NCBI GenBank assembly: GCA_043228905.1 | Contig: JBHGNT010000011.1 | Span: 6,696,001-6,760,000, forward strand | Length of the DNA stretch: 64,000 bases | Direction: 5' to 3' | Source of the DNA: Azolla caroliniana | Taxonomy: Eukaryota; Plantae; Polypodiophyta | Shown here: positions 1-12,088 of the stretch, in pieces | Layout of the letters: each line of letters begins with the position of its first letter | How positions within the stretch are numbered: position 1 is the first letter of the stretch | Made by a program: the position numbers and the translations under genes | The notes under the pieces: model-generated | What the model saw: only the letters and a program-made list of their open reading frames with translations | Databases searched by the model: none | What the model was told of the DNA's origin: nothing

Positions 1-25
1 TTTAGCTAGAAGTAGCCTATCTGAA

Positions 26-1463
26 CTATCTTTTTGTCCCTTGCGTGGGTGCTTCTTCTGCTCGTGTTCTTGCAGATCGAGTAGATGCTTCTGCTTCTTG
101 CAATCTTTGTTTCAATTCCTGCTTAGAGTTGGAAAGCCTGTTTGGTTGTTGGCGTGTTAATAATTCTTCTTCGGCTTTCTTTAGTTTTTCTTCAGTCGGC
201 CAACATTTCTCCAACAGTTCTTCTTTTTCAGCCTGCGTACTTGTATATTTCTCATTCAAAACTTCCGACGCTGCCATTGATTTTTTGTATAAATCAGCCA
301 TATCTTTGGCTGCTCTGCTTGCTCATTCATATTCCTTGTGCACTTCCACCAGTGCCTCATGCAAGGGAGGTATTTGTATCGCTTCCCCCTTATTTTTGAT
401 CCTTTCAACCTCCCGTTGTTCTTCTGGCTCGACAGCTCCACTTAAGGATTTTTGAATCATTATATTATCCTGATGCTCCCGTGCCATTCTTTCGGACACC
501 TCCTGTAACCTGCGTCCTAACCATTCTACTAAATCATAAGATGTACCAAATTGTAGAATGGCTACTAGAGGAATGTCGGAAAAGCCTGTTGCTTCCCATA
601 TTGTTGTTACTGATGTTTGGCCTTCTTGAATTCTGCTTGTATCATTTGGATTAATCTGAGTTGCTGGTTTTGAAACTTGCTCCACCGTTCTTTGCTTTTT
701 CTATGTAGGTTCGCCTTGCTACGCCTGCGGAAATCGTTGTGACCTATGCTTGACTTGATACGATCTTTCCTCAGTAGGGAGCGGAACTTGTTGTTGTGCT
801 TGCATTGGTTGCTCCGATTCAGTGTTGATTGGTGTTGGGTTGGGTTGGTAAGTTGGTGGTGAGGCTAGAAGAGGCATAGAGGTTTGCATCGCAGTCTGTG
901 TTGCCTCCGGTACCTATGTAGCTTCCGATTGTTGTCGGACTAGTTCCGACTGAATCTCATTGACCTATGTCGATCCTCCTTCTTGCCATTCCTCTCGCTG
1001 TACTTGCCTTTTGGCTCTGGGAGTTGGTCATGGCCTTGTCTGTCTTTGTTCCTCCTGTTGGTTTTCCGAAGTAGGTGTTAGAAATAGCACCAACTACCAC
1101 CGTGCAAAAATCGGCTTCATCGGCTTGCCTATTTGCAGCCCCCAACACTTGCTCTTTTAGAGCTTCTGCCGTCAATAATCCCCAATCAAATTTTTCTCCT
1201 TCATAAGTGGTGATAATAAAGCCTACCCGCTTTTTCGGCATGCAGTAAAACCTGGGGCTAACGAATCCTACCTTTAGTAAGAATTTTTCCACTTTTTGAA
1301 AGAATTTATCTTCCCCTCCATATGTCTGATAGGCTTTTGCCGACGGGGAGTATTCACCGAAATACGACCGCAACATCTGCTTGTCCATCTTCTGAACTGC
1401 CAGAAACCCTTCCCTTTTTAGATTCAAAATGTGACGTACTTGTTTATTTGTAATCTTCGCCAC
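26..1463 (-). pseudogene. Accessory (post-integrase) ORF of element G: conserved N-terminal domain, Q/P/T-rich linker, coiled-coil C-terminus; frameshifted
   Basis: ORF 957-1463 (YFGEYSPSAKAYQTYGGED...TYEGEKFDWG) matches ORFs at 28490-28920 and 31688-32170. ORFs 323-685 and 26-301 are E/K/Q-rich and look helical. Confidence 0.6.
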
Positions 1464-1589
1464 GTCAATTCGTTGGAGGATTTAGTAGCTCTTGGGTGAG
1501 TATCTGCATCTGCGACTTTGAAATAGCCTTGCAGACCCTTGTCCACGAGCCACTGTCGAAGGTTATTAGAGACCACGATCAACATGAGT

Positions 1590-4500
1590 TCTTCTTCAAT
1601 AGTAAGATCAGTGCACCTTTCGGCGAAATATCATCCTTATGCCGACGTATTTGACAAGGTAAAAGACAATACTCTTCCTCATCATCGTCCCTACGATTGT
1701 CCCATCGATTTACAACCAGGACCAGAGCCACCATGGGGACGAATCTACAACTTGTCACCCACCGAGTTAGAAGTCCTTCGAGCCTACATAGAGAAGAACT
1801 TGGCAAGCGGTTTTATTCGTCATTCGAAATCTCCAACCGGAGCACCCATCTTCTTTGTCAAGAAGAAAGATGGTTCACTTCGTCTTGTCGTTGATTACCG
1901 CGGCTTAAATAAGGTCACCATCCGGAATAGGTATGCACTTCCTCTTATATCAAGTCTTTTAGAGCGAGTTAATGGTGCCAAGTTCTTTACAAAAATCGAT
2001 CTACGAGGAGCGTATAACCTCGTGCGGATCCGACCGGGAGATGAATGGAAGACCGCCTTTCGCACGCGGTATGGGCATTTCGAATATATTGTTATGTCGT
2101 TCGGTCTAACCAATGCACCTACAGTCTTCCAACACATGGCAAATGATATATTTAGAGATCTCTTGGATATCTGTTTGATCATCTATCTGGATGATCTATT
2201 GATTTATTCGAAGACCCAGGAAGAGCACGATTCTCATGTACTATTAGTACTAAACCGACTCCGCGAGAATGGTCTTTATGCCAAGCTAGAAAAATGTAGC
2301 TTCGACTGCAAGCAAGTGGAATTTCTAGGCTACGTTATCTCCTCAAAGGGCATCTCCATGGATCTAGCTAAAGTCCAAACTGTGCTAGAGTGGCAAATTC
2401 CACGGTCAGTACGAGATGTACAATGTTTTCTAGGTTTTGCTAACTTCTACCGCAAATTTATACAGGATTACTCGAAGATTATTTTACCTCTCACACAACT
2501 TACGAAGAAGGGACAAGCATTTCTTTGGTCTAATGAAGCAGACATGGCTTTTCGGCATCTTAAGACAGCCTTTACATCAGCACCTATTCTAGCCCATGTG
2601 GATACAAGCAAACCATTCATCATGGAGGCCGATACATCAGGTTTCGCCCTCGGTAGCATCCTTTCTCAACAAGGAGATAAAGAAGAGTTACATCCTGTGC
2701 CTTTCCATTCGCGCAAATTCGATGTTGCGGAAATCAACTATGAAATACATGACAAGGAGTTATTAGCCATCGTGGATTCATTTGTGCAATGGCGGCATTT
2801 TTTGGAGGGCTCTCCACATCAGGTCATCGTCTTCAGTGATCACAAGAATCTTTCTTATTTCCAGAATGCTCGTGTGCTAAATCGACGGCAAGCTAGGTGG
2901 GCTCAATTCCTCACACGTTTTGATTTCAAAATCGCATATCGCCCGGGGAAGCAGCAAGGAAAGGCAGATGCACTATCACGGCGTTCATATCTTGCACCTC
3001 ATCCTGGTGATCCCAGATTCGATAATCAAAAGCAAGTAATCTTGGGACCAACACGATTTCACACAACACGGATTTTTCACACCCCAATGGATTCCCAGAT
3101 TATCGACACCATACATGCGAATTTGAAGACGGACAATTTTGCTCAAGACATTCTGGCGCACATTGATACCTCTCCGGCATCCTGTTCCCAGTCTCAGCAA
3201 CTAGGTATGGACTACCGACAATTCGAATATCATGATGGTTTGTTTTTCTTTAAAAAGCTTGTATATTTCCCTGATTGCTCCTGTCGTCTTCAAATCGTTC
3301 AAAGTTGTCACGACACCCACATGGCGGGACATTTCAATAGCACTATGACGTTGGATCTAGTTGAACGATCCTTTTGGTGGCCCCATATGCGACGTTTTGT
3401 CGACGACTACGTTTGGACCTGTGATGCTTGCTGCCAAGCAAAGATGCCACGACACCATCCATATGGCTTGTTGGAACCCTTACCGATTCCAAGTAAGCCG
3501 TTGAAGTCTATTTGTCTTGATTTTATCACAGATCTGCCGGTCTCGAAGGGGTTCGATGCTATCTTAACCGTCGTCGATCGATATAAGAAGATGGCACATT
3601 TTGTGTCATGTACTAAGGCCATCAGTAGTGAGGAAACCGCCGCCCTTGTCATGCGTGAGGTATGTCAGCATCATGGCCTCCCAGACAGTATCATCAGTGA
3701 TCGAGGACCGCAATTCATCTCCAAAATTTGGCAGCATCTCTTCAAGATGCTCAAGGTCTCTTGCAACCTCTCCTCCGGCTACTAACCTCCGACCGATGGG
3801 CAGGCAAAACGAACAAACCAAACGCTGGAGCAATATCTCCGGTGTTTCCTGAGTTATCAACAGGACAATTGGGCCGAGAATCTCCACTTTGCGGAGTTTG
3901 CGTATAATAATGTTGTTCACTCCTCGCTGGTTCTCATCCTCGCTGGTCGGTGATCGACACCCCAGAGCTACCTAGCAATCCTCGTGCCGAGGATCATTTG
4001 GAGAGACTACGCAAGATCCAGATGGATCTTTGTACTCATCTTCTTCATGCTCAACAGACATAGAAGACTTACGTGGATCGTCATCGGCTTCCCTCCTCTT
4101 TCTCCATCGAAGATTGAGTATGGCTTTTACGTCATCACATCAAGACTACTCGACCGTGCGACAAGTTGGATTATCGCCGACTCGGTCCTTTCCGTATTAC
4201 CGGTAAGGTTAATGATGTCACGTTCCGCCTTGATCTTCCTCCGCATCTTCGGATACATCCGGTCTTCCATAGTTCTCTTCTTGAACCTTATAAAGCAAAC
4301 ACTCTTCCCAATCGTGTTACACCACCGCCGCCCCCGCTTGAGTTAGACGTCGTCCCGGAGTATAAAGTTGCTACCATCCTCGACTCCAAATTTGTTCGCA
4401 ATAAACTTTATTATTTGGTCGATTGGTTGGGAACCCGTCGAGCATGTCACCAATGCTCAAGATCTTCTTGCTGAGTTCCATCAAAAGTATCCGAACAAAC

Positions 4501-5001
4501 CCGGTCCGCAATCAGCGCCGACTCGTTCCACTCATTGCCTTAAGGGGGAGATAGTGTCATGATATGGCAAGACTCGAACCCATGACCTTATGTTATATGG
4601 GTCGAGCTCTTGACCATTATACCATCTATTGTAATACATAGGATATTATTTTCATTTAAGTTTTATTATAGGAAATTAATGTATATTCTAGATTTCTCTG
4701 GAACATTCTAGAAGCTTCAGGATTACTCCTAAGAACACTATAAAAGAAGGCACTAGGCATTATGTTGAACCAAATTGGTTCAACGCCAGTCTTAAGCCTC
4801 TTAGCCATTTTGTACTTATCTTTCACATAATATATTGGTTGTTATCATCATCTCTCTCTCTCTCTCATCCTTGCTATCTCTCTTTTCTCTTCTCTCTCTC
4901 TCTTTCTCTCAGGAGTCTTCCGCAGTCCCATCCTCTTAGTACTAATAGTACTTCTCTTCTTTAGTACTAATTCCCTCTCTGCTTTAGTACTATTCCTCAC
5001 A
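1590..5001 (+). mobile_element. Element K: 5'-truncated Tcn1-like chromoviral Ty3/gypsy (RT-RNaseH-INT-chromodomain, PPT, 3' LTR 4555-5001)
   Basis: ORF 1539-3785 has YLDD RT, RNase H (EADTS, NYEIHDKELLA) and an HHCC/DDE integrase. A chromodomain remnant follows (EYKVATILDSK...YYLVDWLG). PPT AAGGGGGAGATAG precedes the LTR (TGTCA...CACA). Confidence 0.9.
4701..4745 (+). promoter_or_regulatory. Heat-shock element (4 alternating units) and TATA box in the K LTR
   Basis: GAAcaTTCtaGAAgcTTC at 4701-4718; TATAAAA at 4739. Confidence 0.65.
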
Positions 5002-5217
5002 GTATGTAGTGGAATGGCAACATCAGCAAGATATCTGATCATCCAACTATGCCATCTTATTTGCCCTAAAAATCGACTAAGGCTCTTAACATTGGTTGGT
5101 TCCGGTGCATCTAATATCTCCTTGACCTTGTCTAGGTCAACTACAATTCCTTCCTGACTGACAATGTGTCCTAGTAATGCTCCACTAGTAACCCCGAACG
5201 CGCATTTAGCCAGATTC

Positions 5218-5676
5218 TGTCAAGACAGAGAGAGATAGAGAGATAGAGAGATAATTGAAAGAGAATTATTATATTGAAGAGTAAAATGTATTACAAAGAG
5301 TACGCTACAAAATGGCGTTGAACCAATTTAGGTCTGGGATGAGTGGTAGATCCCTATTTATAAGTAATAGAGAACACTCTAGAATATTTTAGGTTATCCT
5401 AGAATGTAGAGTAATCTAGAAGATCTCTAGAGTATTTTAGAAGGTTCTAGTGGTATAAAACACTCTAGAATATTGTAGGTCATTCTAGAATGTAGAGTAA
5501 TATAGAATATTCCGATAATATTATATTTCATATACTAAAAACTATACATATAAGAATATTAATACAATGGTTAAGGAGTTGACATGTGTACAACAAGGTC
5601 GTCGGTTCCAATCCCTTCGAGTCATAATGTCAGTGTCATGATCCTTTCGATGCATGATGTGAGTGTTATCATGACA
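5218..5676 (-). mobile_element. Solo LTR of the element-D chromovirus family
   Basis: Reverse-complement match to 53884-54354, TG...CA ends, 5-bp TSD GATTC (5213-5217 / 5677-5681) inside the RT of G. Confidence 0.92.
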
Positions 5677-5802
5677 GATTCAGGCTGAGCCAAACTTGCC
5701 GACAACGTTCCAAACATAATCATAAATGTTCGAAGTGTCCCGCCTTCCGACTGTAGACAACAAAATCGTCCAAGAAAACTTGCATGAATGCTGGAATGTA
5801 AT

Positions 5803-8800
5803 TGTAAAAGATTATGTATGGAAGCAATAGAAAACCAAACACACAGAAAATATGCAGGTTTGATGGAGACCTTGAGTATACATAGTACGCGGGAGAGACA
5901 GAGAGAGACCACACAAAGAACTCAATTCAAAAAATACTAACTCTCTGTACATACACCGTGCTCAGTGAGCACCTTTTATACAAGCCGTAACAATCGGGCT
6001 AACACAAGTACTGATAGTACTTGACTGCTCATAAATGAGCCTCAACACTTACTCCCAAAACTATTCCTTACGAGGAATATCTCTCTAACGTCCTTTCAGT
6101 TTACGCACCAATACGGCCTCTCGTTACGCACTGGTTTGCGTATCTGTTTTACGCATCGGTCCAGCCTAACTGATCGGTCCCAACCGATCCGGTCCTCGGC
6201 TTGCTCAGCGGATCCGGCCGATGTTGAGCTTGTCTCTCAACACTCCCCCTCAAGCTCAATTTGAGGCTCTTCGGGATCTTCCGGATCACCGCTCCCGTTC
6301 CTCCTGGCTCCACGCCTCGCTTGCGCTCCTCGGCCTGTTCGACTCTGCGCGCTTCGACCCTTCCGATCGGCTTGTCTGCTCCCACGGCCCTTCACAACTC
6401 CCTTGTCGTCCCGGTGTTGGCGCTTCTCCTACTGCCTTCTTTTCTGCTTGGGCCTCGGTTGATTCAGTTTATCCGAATCAGACATCCGAACCGACTCGGC
6501 TACCTCCGATCGGTTTTCGCTCTCGTCCGAGTTGGCTGTCTCCAACTCGTCTTTGGTCTTCTCACCCTTGACGGCGTCATCTCTCCCATGCTTGGTTGGC
6601 TTCGGCTCTTTCTTTCGGCTACTCCCCTTATGTCCGCTTTTGGACTCTTCCGTGGATCTGCCCTCGGCTTCTTTAGCCGATCCGAAGTCGAATTCGTCAT
6701 CCGACTCGGTGTCGCGGCCTCTTCCGCTCCCATCATGCTCCCTTGCTCGGTCTTTTGAGACTGTTCTCCCCCTCAAGTTTGGCACGTCGAGGTGACGCAA
6801 CCCAAGCACACCCGAGAATTGCCGCAACTTGTCCAGACCAAGGGGCTTGGTGAAGATGTCGGCAGTCTGCCGATCCGTCGGAACATACTGAAGTTCAACT
6901 TCACCAGAAAGGACACGCTCACGGACAAAATGGTAGTGCACCTCAATGTGCTTGGTCTGTGCGTGGAAAACGGGGTTCTTCACGAGCTGGATGTTGCTGA
7001 GGTTGTCGTAGTAGATCGTCGTCGGATTGGACACCTCCTCTTGCAGGTCCTTAAGTAGCCGCTTTAGCCATATGGCTTCGTATGTCAAAACAGCAGCTCC
7101 TCGGTACTCAGCTTCAATGCTCGACAGTGCAACTGTCAGCTGCTTCTTATTGCTCCACGCTATTGTGGCACTCCCAGGAGAGAATGCGTATCCGGACATG
7201 GATCCACGATCGGCGGCGTTGCTAGCCCAATCAGCATCGGTGTAGCCGACCAGCTACGAGGCTGTACCGGTCCGATATAGCAGTCCCCGGTCCTTAGTGC
7301 CGCTTACGTACCGCAGTACGCGTTGTGCACAATGAAGGTGCTCCTCGGTAGGTCGCGCCATGAACTGACTGATCACCCCGACCGGATAACTGAGATCGGG
7401 TCGGGTGATTGTCAAGTAGATAAGGTTTTTGACAATTTGTCAGAACCTCGTTGGGTCGCATACCTTTCTGGAATTGGGGCGAAGCTTGACGGTTCTATCC
7501 AAAGGAGTTGAGACGGACTTATAGTCGGCCATCCCAAATTTGAAGAGCATACTCAGCACATAATGGCGTTGGAGGATCAATATGCCTTCGGGGGTACGGA
7601 TCACTTCGATCCCGAGGAAGTAATGAAGATCCCCCAGATCCTTCATGTCGAACGATGCCGCAAGCTGGAGCTTCACGCGGTCGATTTCACCTAGGTCGCC
7701 GCCGGTGATGACCAAGTCATCAACATATAGTAAAATACTGACCGGACCGAGTTGACCTTTCCGGATGAATAGGGAAGAGTTCGATTTTGATGTTGCAAAG
7801 CCCATCTGACGCAGTTGCTGTGTGATCTTCGCGTTCCTGGCACGCGGGGCTTGCTTCAGTCCATAAAGGGACTTCTTCAATCGGCACACTGCCGACGTGT
7901 TCGTTCCGGAGTGAAATCCGAGGGGTTGTACCATGTACACTTGTTCCTCAAGCTCACCTTGTAGGAATGCATTCTTTAAATCCATCTGATGTAAGTGCCA
8001 CCCCTTTGCCGTAGCTACCGCAAGCAAAACACGGATGATCGTCATCTTCGCGATCGGCGCAAACGTCTCATTGTAGTCGTTGCCGTGTTTCTGCGCTTAG
8101 CGTTTTGCCACTAATCGGGCCTTGTATCGGTTGACCGAGCCATCGGTGTTGTACTTGACCTTGTACACCCACCTACATCCGATCGGCTTCACACCCTTCG
8201 GTGCGTCAACCAGGTCCCAGGTCTCGTTTTCCGCCAATGCATGCATCGCTTCCTCCATCGTGGTGCGCCAATTCGCGTCCTTAGCCGCTTCAGTGTAGCT
8301 CTCCGGCTCATGGACTTCCACTACACGGGTCATATACGCATAATGATGCGCCATGTACTCGTTGTATCCAAACCGCACAACTGGGTTCTTCTAGCGGGTA
8401 GATCGACGTAATCGGTCATTAGCCAATGTCGAGGTCTTCTCGGCCGACACGGACTTCGCTCTTGAAGACCCGTCACCGCTTCCCTCGGAGTCAGACTCGT
8501 GTCGGTCAGACTCGTTCCTATCCATGCCGGAATCCAACACCTTCTTCTTCCCTTTCTCTTTGCGCGTAAGCCGTCTCCTCTACTTGCCAGGTCTTCATCG
8601 GACTGGTCGAACTGACTCAGTCGTCCATTCGGTCCACTTAACCGAAACGAAATCGGACTCTCTTCGCGGGTCCCGATTTCAGGCTCATCCGGAGGCATCT
8701 TAGTCTCGCTGACCTCATCGTCAGAGCTCGGATTGGAATTGAGATCCGGAGTCAGAGGCAAGTACCAGGACGCGGACTCATCAAACACAACGTCGCGGCT

Positions 8801-11537
8801 CACGCGCGTTTGTTTGGTGCGCGGGTTATAACACTTATAACCCTTCTGCTCGTCTAAGTAACCGACCAAGATAAACTTCTTGGTTTTCACGTCCAACTTC
8901 CTCCTTTTCTACTTCGGTACATGCACATACGCAATGCTACCGAAAACTCTCAAGTGTCGTAGATTCGGCTTCCTTCCAAAATACTGCTCATGCGCCGATA
9001 CTTTTCCTCCGATCTGATTCTGGATGTATACCGCAGTTCGTACCGCCTCGGCCAAATATAGCTTGGGCAAGCTCTTTTCTGCGCCGCTTCCACAATCGAC
9101 CGATTCTTCCTCTCGGCCACGCTGTTTTGCTCTGGCGTGTATCTGCAACTGAATTCGTGCCGAATTCCCATCTGTTGTAGATAACCATTGAATTGACCGG
9201 AAAAGTATTCTTTTCTGCCATCCGACCGCAGGTACTTGATCTTTCTTCTTGTTTCCGTTTTCACGAACCCTTTGAGGTCCCGGAAACAGTCGAAGACTTC
9301 GGTCTTCCTCTCAATGAGGTAGATCCACGTGTGCTGCATGTAGTCGTCGATGAAGGAGATGAAATATCGGCTCCCGCCAAGACTAACGTTTTGTGCTGGC
9401 CCCCACAGATCGGAGTGTATCAACTCGAGCTTGTTCCGGCTCCGGTTATGCTCATTGGGGAGGGAAGTCGGTGTTGCTTCCCAAGCTGGCAAGCTTCACA
9501 AATTTGTGCCTTCCGGCCACTAAATTTGGGCAATCCGAACATCACCTATTTCGATTGCAGGTCCTGAAGCCGTTGGTAGTTGACGTGGCCTATCTGCTTG
9601 TGCCATAAGTCGATGTCCGACTCGACTTTTTGTCCCTTCGTGAACATTGCGGTGCCACTGTCAGTAGAGTCGAGGATGAACATCCTCTCGTCTCTACGCC
9701 CTTGCGCAATAACTCGGCCTTCTTCCTCGTTGAAGCACCCGAGATGCGTGAACCGGACTTGCAGCCCCTGGTCGACGATATTCCCGACCGACACCATATT
9801 CTTCGTGATTATTGGGACGTGTAGCACGTTCATAAGTTTCCCTTTCTGCCCGACATGGCTCAAGGGAACTTCACCAACATTTGCGATCGGATGCGGAGTG
9901 TCTTCTCCGGTTGTGACTACTCCTGGTTGCGTCGGTTTCTCAAGGTATGAGAACCACTCCTCGTGGTATGTCATGTGGTTTGACGCGCCGGAGTCAACGT
10001 ACCACACCTCCTCCAACTTCGGGGTGATCTTTTTCATCGAGTTTGCTTCGTGTCTCGTCATGAAAACTGACCCTTTTCCGGCTTCTCTGGATCCTTCGGC
10101 GTAGTGCGATCATTGCTGATTTCCTTTGTCGGTCTGTCCGGAACCTATTCCTGACCCCGTTCTCTCCGAATCGGCGCGTTTTTTCTGGCACTCGCTCTTC
10201 CTATGGCCTTTCTTGCCACAGTACCAGCATTCTGCGGCGGATTTCCCTTGCCGGTTCTCGTTGCCTCGACTCCCCCTATTTCCGGAGGGTCCGGAATTAC
10301 AGTCGGCATCACTTCGGTGCCTTCGTCCTTGATCCCGTCGGCCGCCTCCATTGCATACCGACTCGCCTCATCCGCCACGACCACGGGGCCTATCTCCCTC
10401 CGTGTACAACATCTTGTTGTCGGCATGCGTGCTTGTCGACGCACCCGCGTGGTTCTCCTCTATAAGGAGCATCGACTGTAAGTCGAAAAATGACGACGTA
10501 TTCTCCCGTGTACATATAGCAGTTCAGAATGCTCCGAACTTTAACGCCAAACCCCCGAGACAGACCTGGACCATCTCCCTTTCCTCGATGTTCACATCGA
10601 TGAAAGCTAAGGAGTCGCATATGTCCTTGATCTTCGAGGTATAGTCAGCCACCGACAAATCGCGTTGTCATAGGTTGCTCAACTCCTGTCGGAGCTGAAG
10701 CTTCCTGCCTATGGTGCTCGCGGCGAAGATCTTCTTCAGATTTTCCCACGCATCCTTCGGCGATTTTGCATCCCGAATGTAGCTTAATAATTGTTCGCCC
10801 CCACAAGACGTGAAACAGTACAACACTCTGCTCGCCGATTGTTTCCACGCTGGGAAGTCTTTGTGTGTCGAATCGGGTGTTGTGTCATTTGTTCCATCAA
10901 CATAGCTCCAATAACCGTGTCCGTGCAGGTACTGGTGCATCTTGTAAGACCAAGACGCGTAGTTGTTTCTGTCGAGCTTCTCCATCGGAAGCGAGCTAGC
11001 CATGCTCTATCCATCAGTTTTACCAGTTCTTCTTGGTTGGTTTTTCTTTCAAGCTATGTCGGTTGTAGAGGTTCTCAACCCTCGTGCTCTAATACCATGT
11101 AAAAGATTATGTGCGGAAGCAATAGAAAACCAAACCCATAGAAAATATGCAAGTTTAATGGAGAGCTTGAGTATACACAGTACGTGGGAGAGACAGGGAG
11201 AGAACACACAAAGAACCCAATTCAAAAAATACTAACTCTCTGTACATGCACCCTGCTCACTGAGCACCTTTTATACAAGCCCTGACAATCGGGCTGACAC
11301 AAGTACTAACAGTACTTGACTGCTCATAAATGAGCCTCAACACTTACTCCCAAAACTATTCCTTACGAGGAATATCTCTCTTACGGCCTTTCAGTTTACG
11401 CACTGATACGGCCTCTCGTTAGGCACCGGTTTGGGTATCAATTTTACGCACCGGTTCGGCCTAACTGATCGGTCCCAACCGATCCGGTCCTCGGCTTGCT
11501 CAGCCGATCCGGCCGATGTTGAGCTTGTCTCTCAATA
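5803..11537 (-). mobile_element. Element C: full-length decayed Ty1/copia retrotransposon
   Basis: 440-bp LTRs at 5803-6242 and 11098-11537, TSD GTAAT, PBS TGGTATTAGAGC (Met-i-like, 11086-11097), PPT CTTGAGGGGGAG. Confidence 0.95.
6429..11003 (-). pseudogene. Copia gag-pol of C (gag, protease DSGAS, integrase, RT YVDD, RNase H), multiple stops/frameshifts
   Basis: ORF track motifs: EKLDRNNY, WYVDSGASNHMT, HSDLWGP, RYKARLVAK, LLYVDDL, TKHIEVHYHFVRE. Confidence 0.92.
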
Positions 11538-12088
11538 GTAATCATCTTAATTTTCTTGTATTATTATTTGAAATGTGGTTGGAGCAGTTTTTAACCCAAA
11601 CATTATTACGATCGCCACAAATACTCCCCATTCAGTGACAAAGGTTGTCTTTTCTTGATAATCGGGGTGCATTCTTTCTTGATTATATCCACTAAAGCCA
11701 TCCAAGAAATTGTACATTTCATGACCGGCTAATGCATCCAATACTCCATCTGTAAACGGTAATGGAAACGCATCTATTATTGTTGTTGCATTAAGTTTCC
11801 GATAGTCGACACACACCCGAATTTTGCCGTTTTTCTTCGGCACAACTACGATCGGACTCAGCCATATAGCCTTTTTTATGGGACAAATGAACCCGACCTT
11901 AATCAGTTGGACTGGCTTTGCATCTTTGTGGAGATTAATTTGGTGTTGACAAAAGGCTGGATCCAGCCCTTTCATGTCTTCGAAGGACCAACGAAGATAT
12001 CTTTATACTATTTGAGTAAGCCGATTAATCATTGTTTGTCAGCTATCAACATTTCCTTGGCTATCAGTATTGTTTTTTGTTCAAGCGT

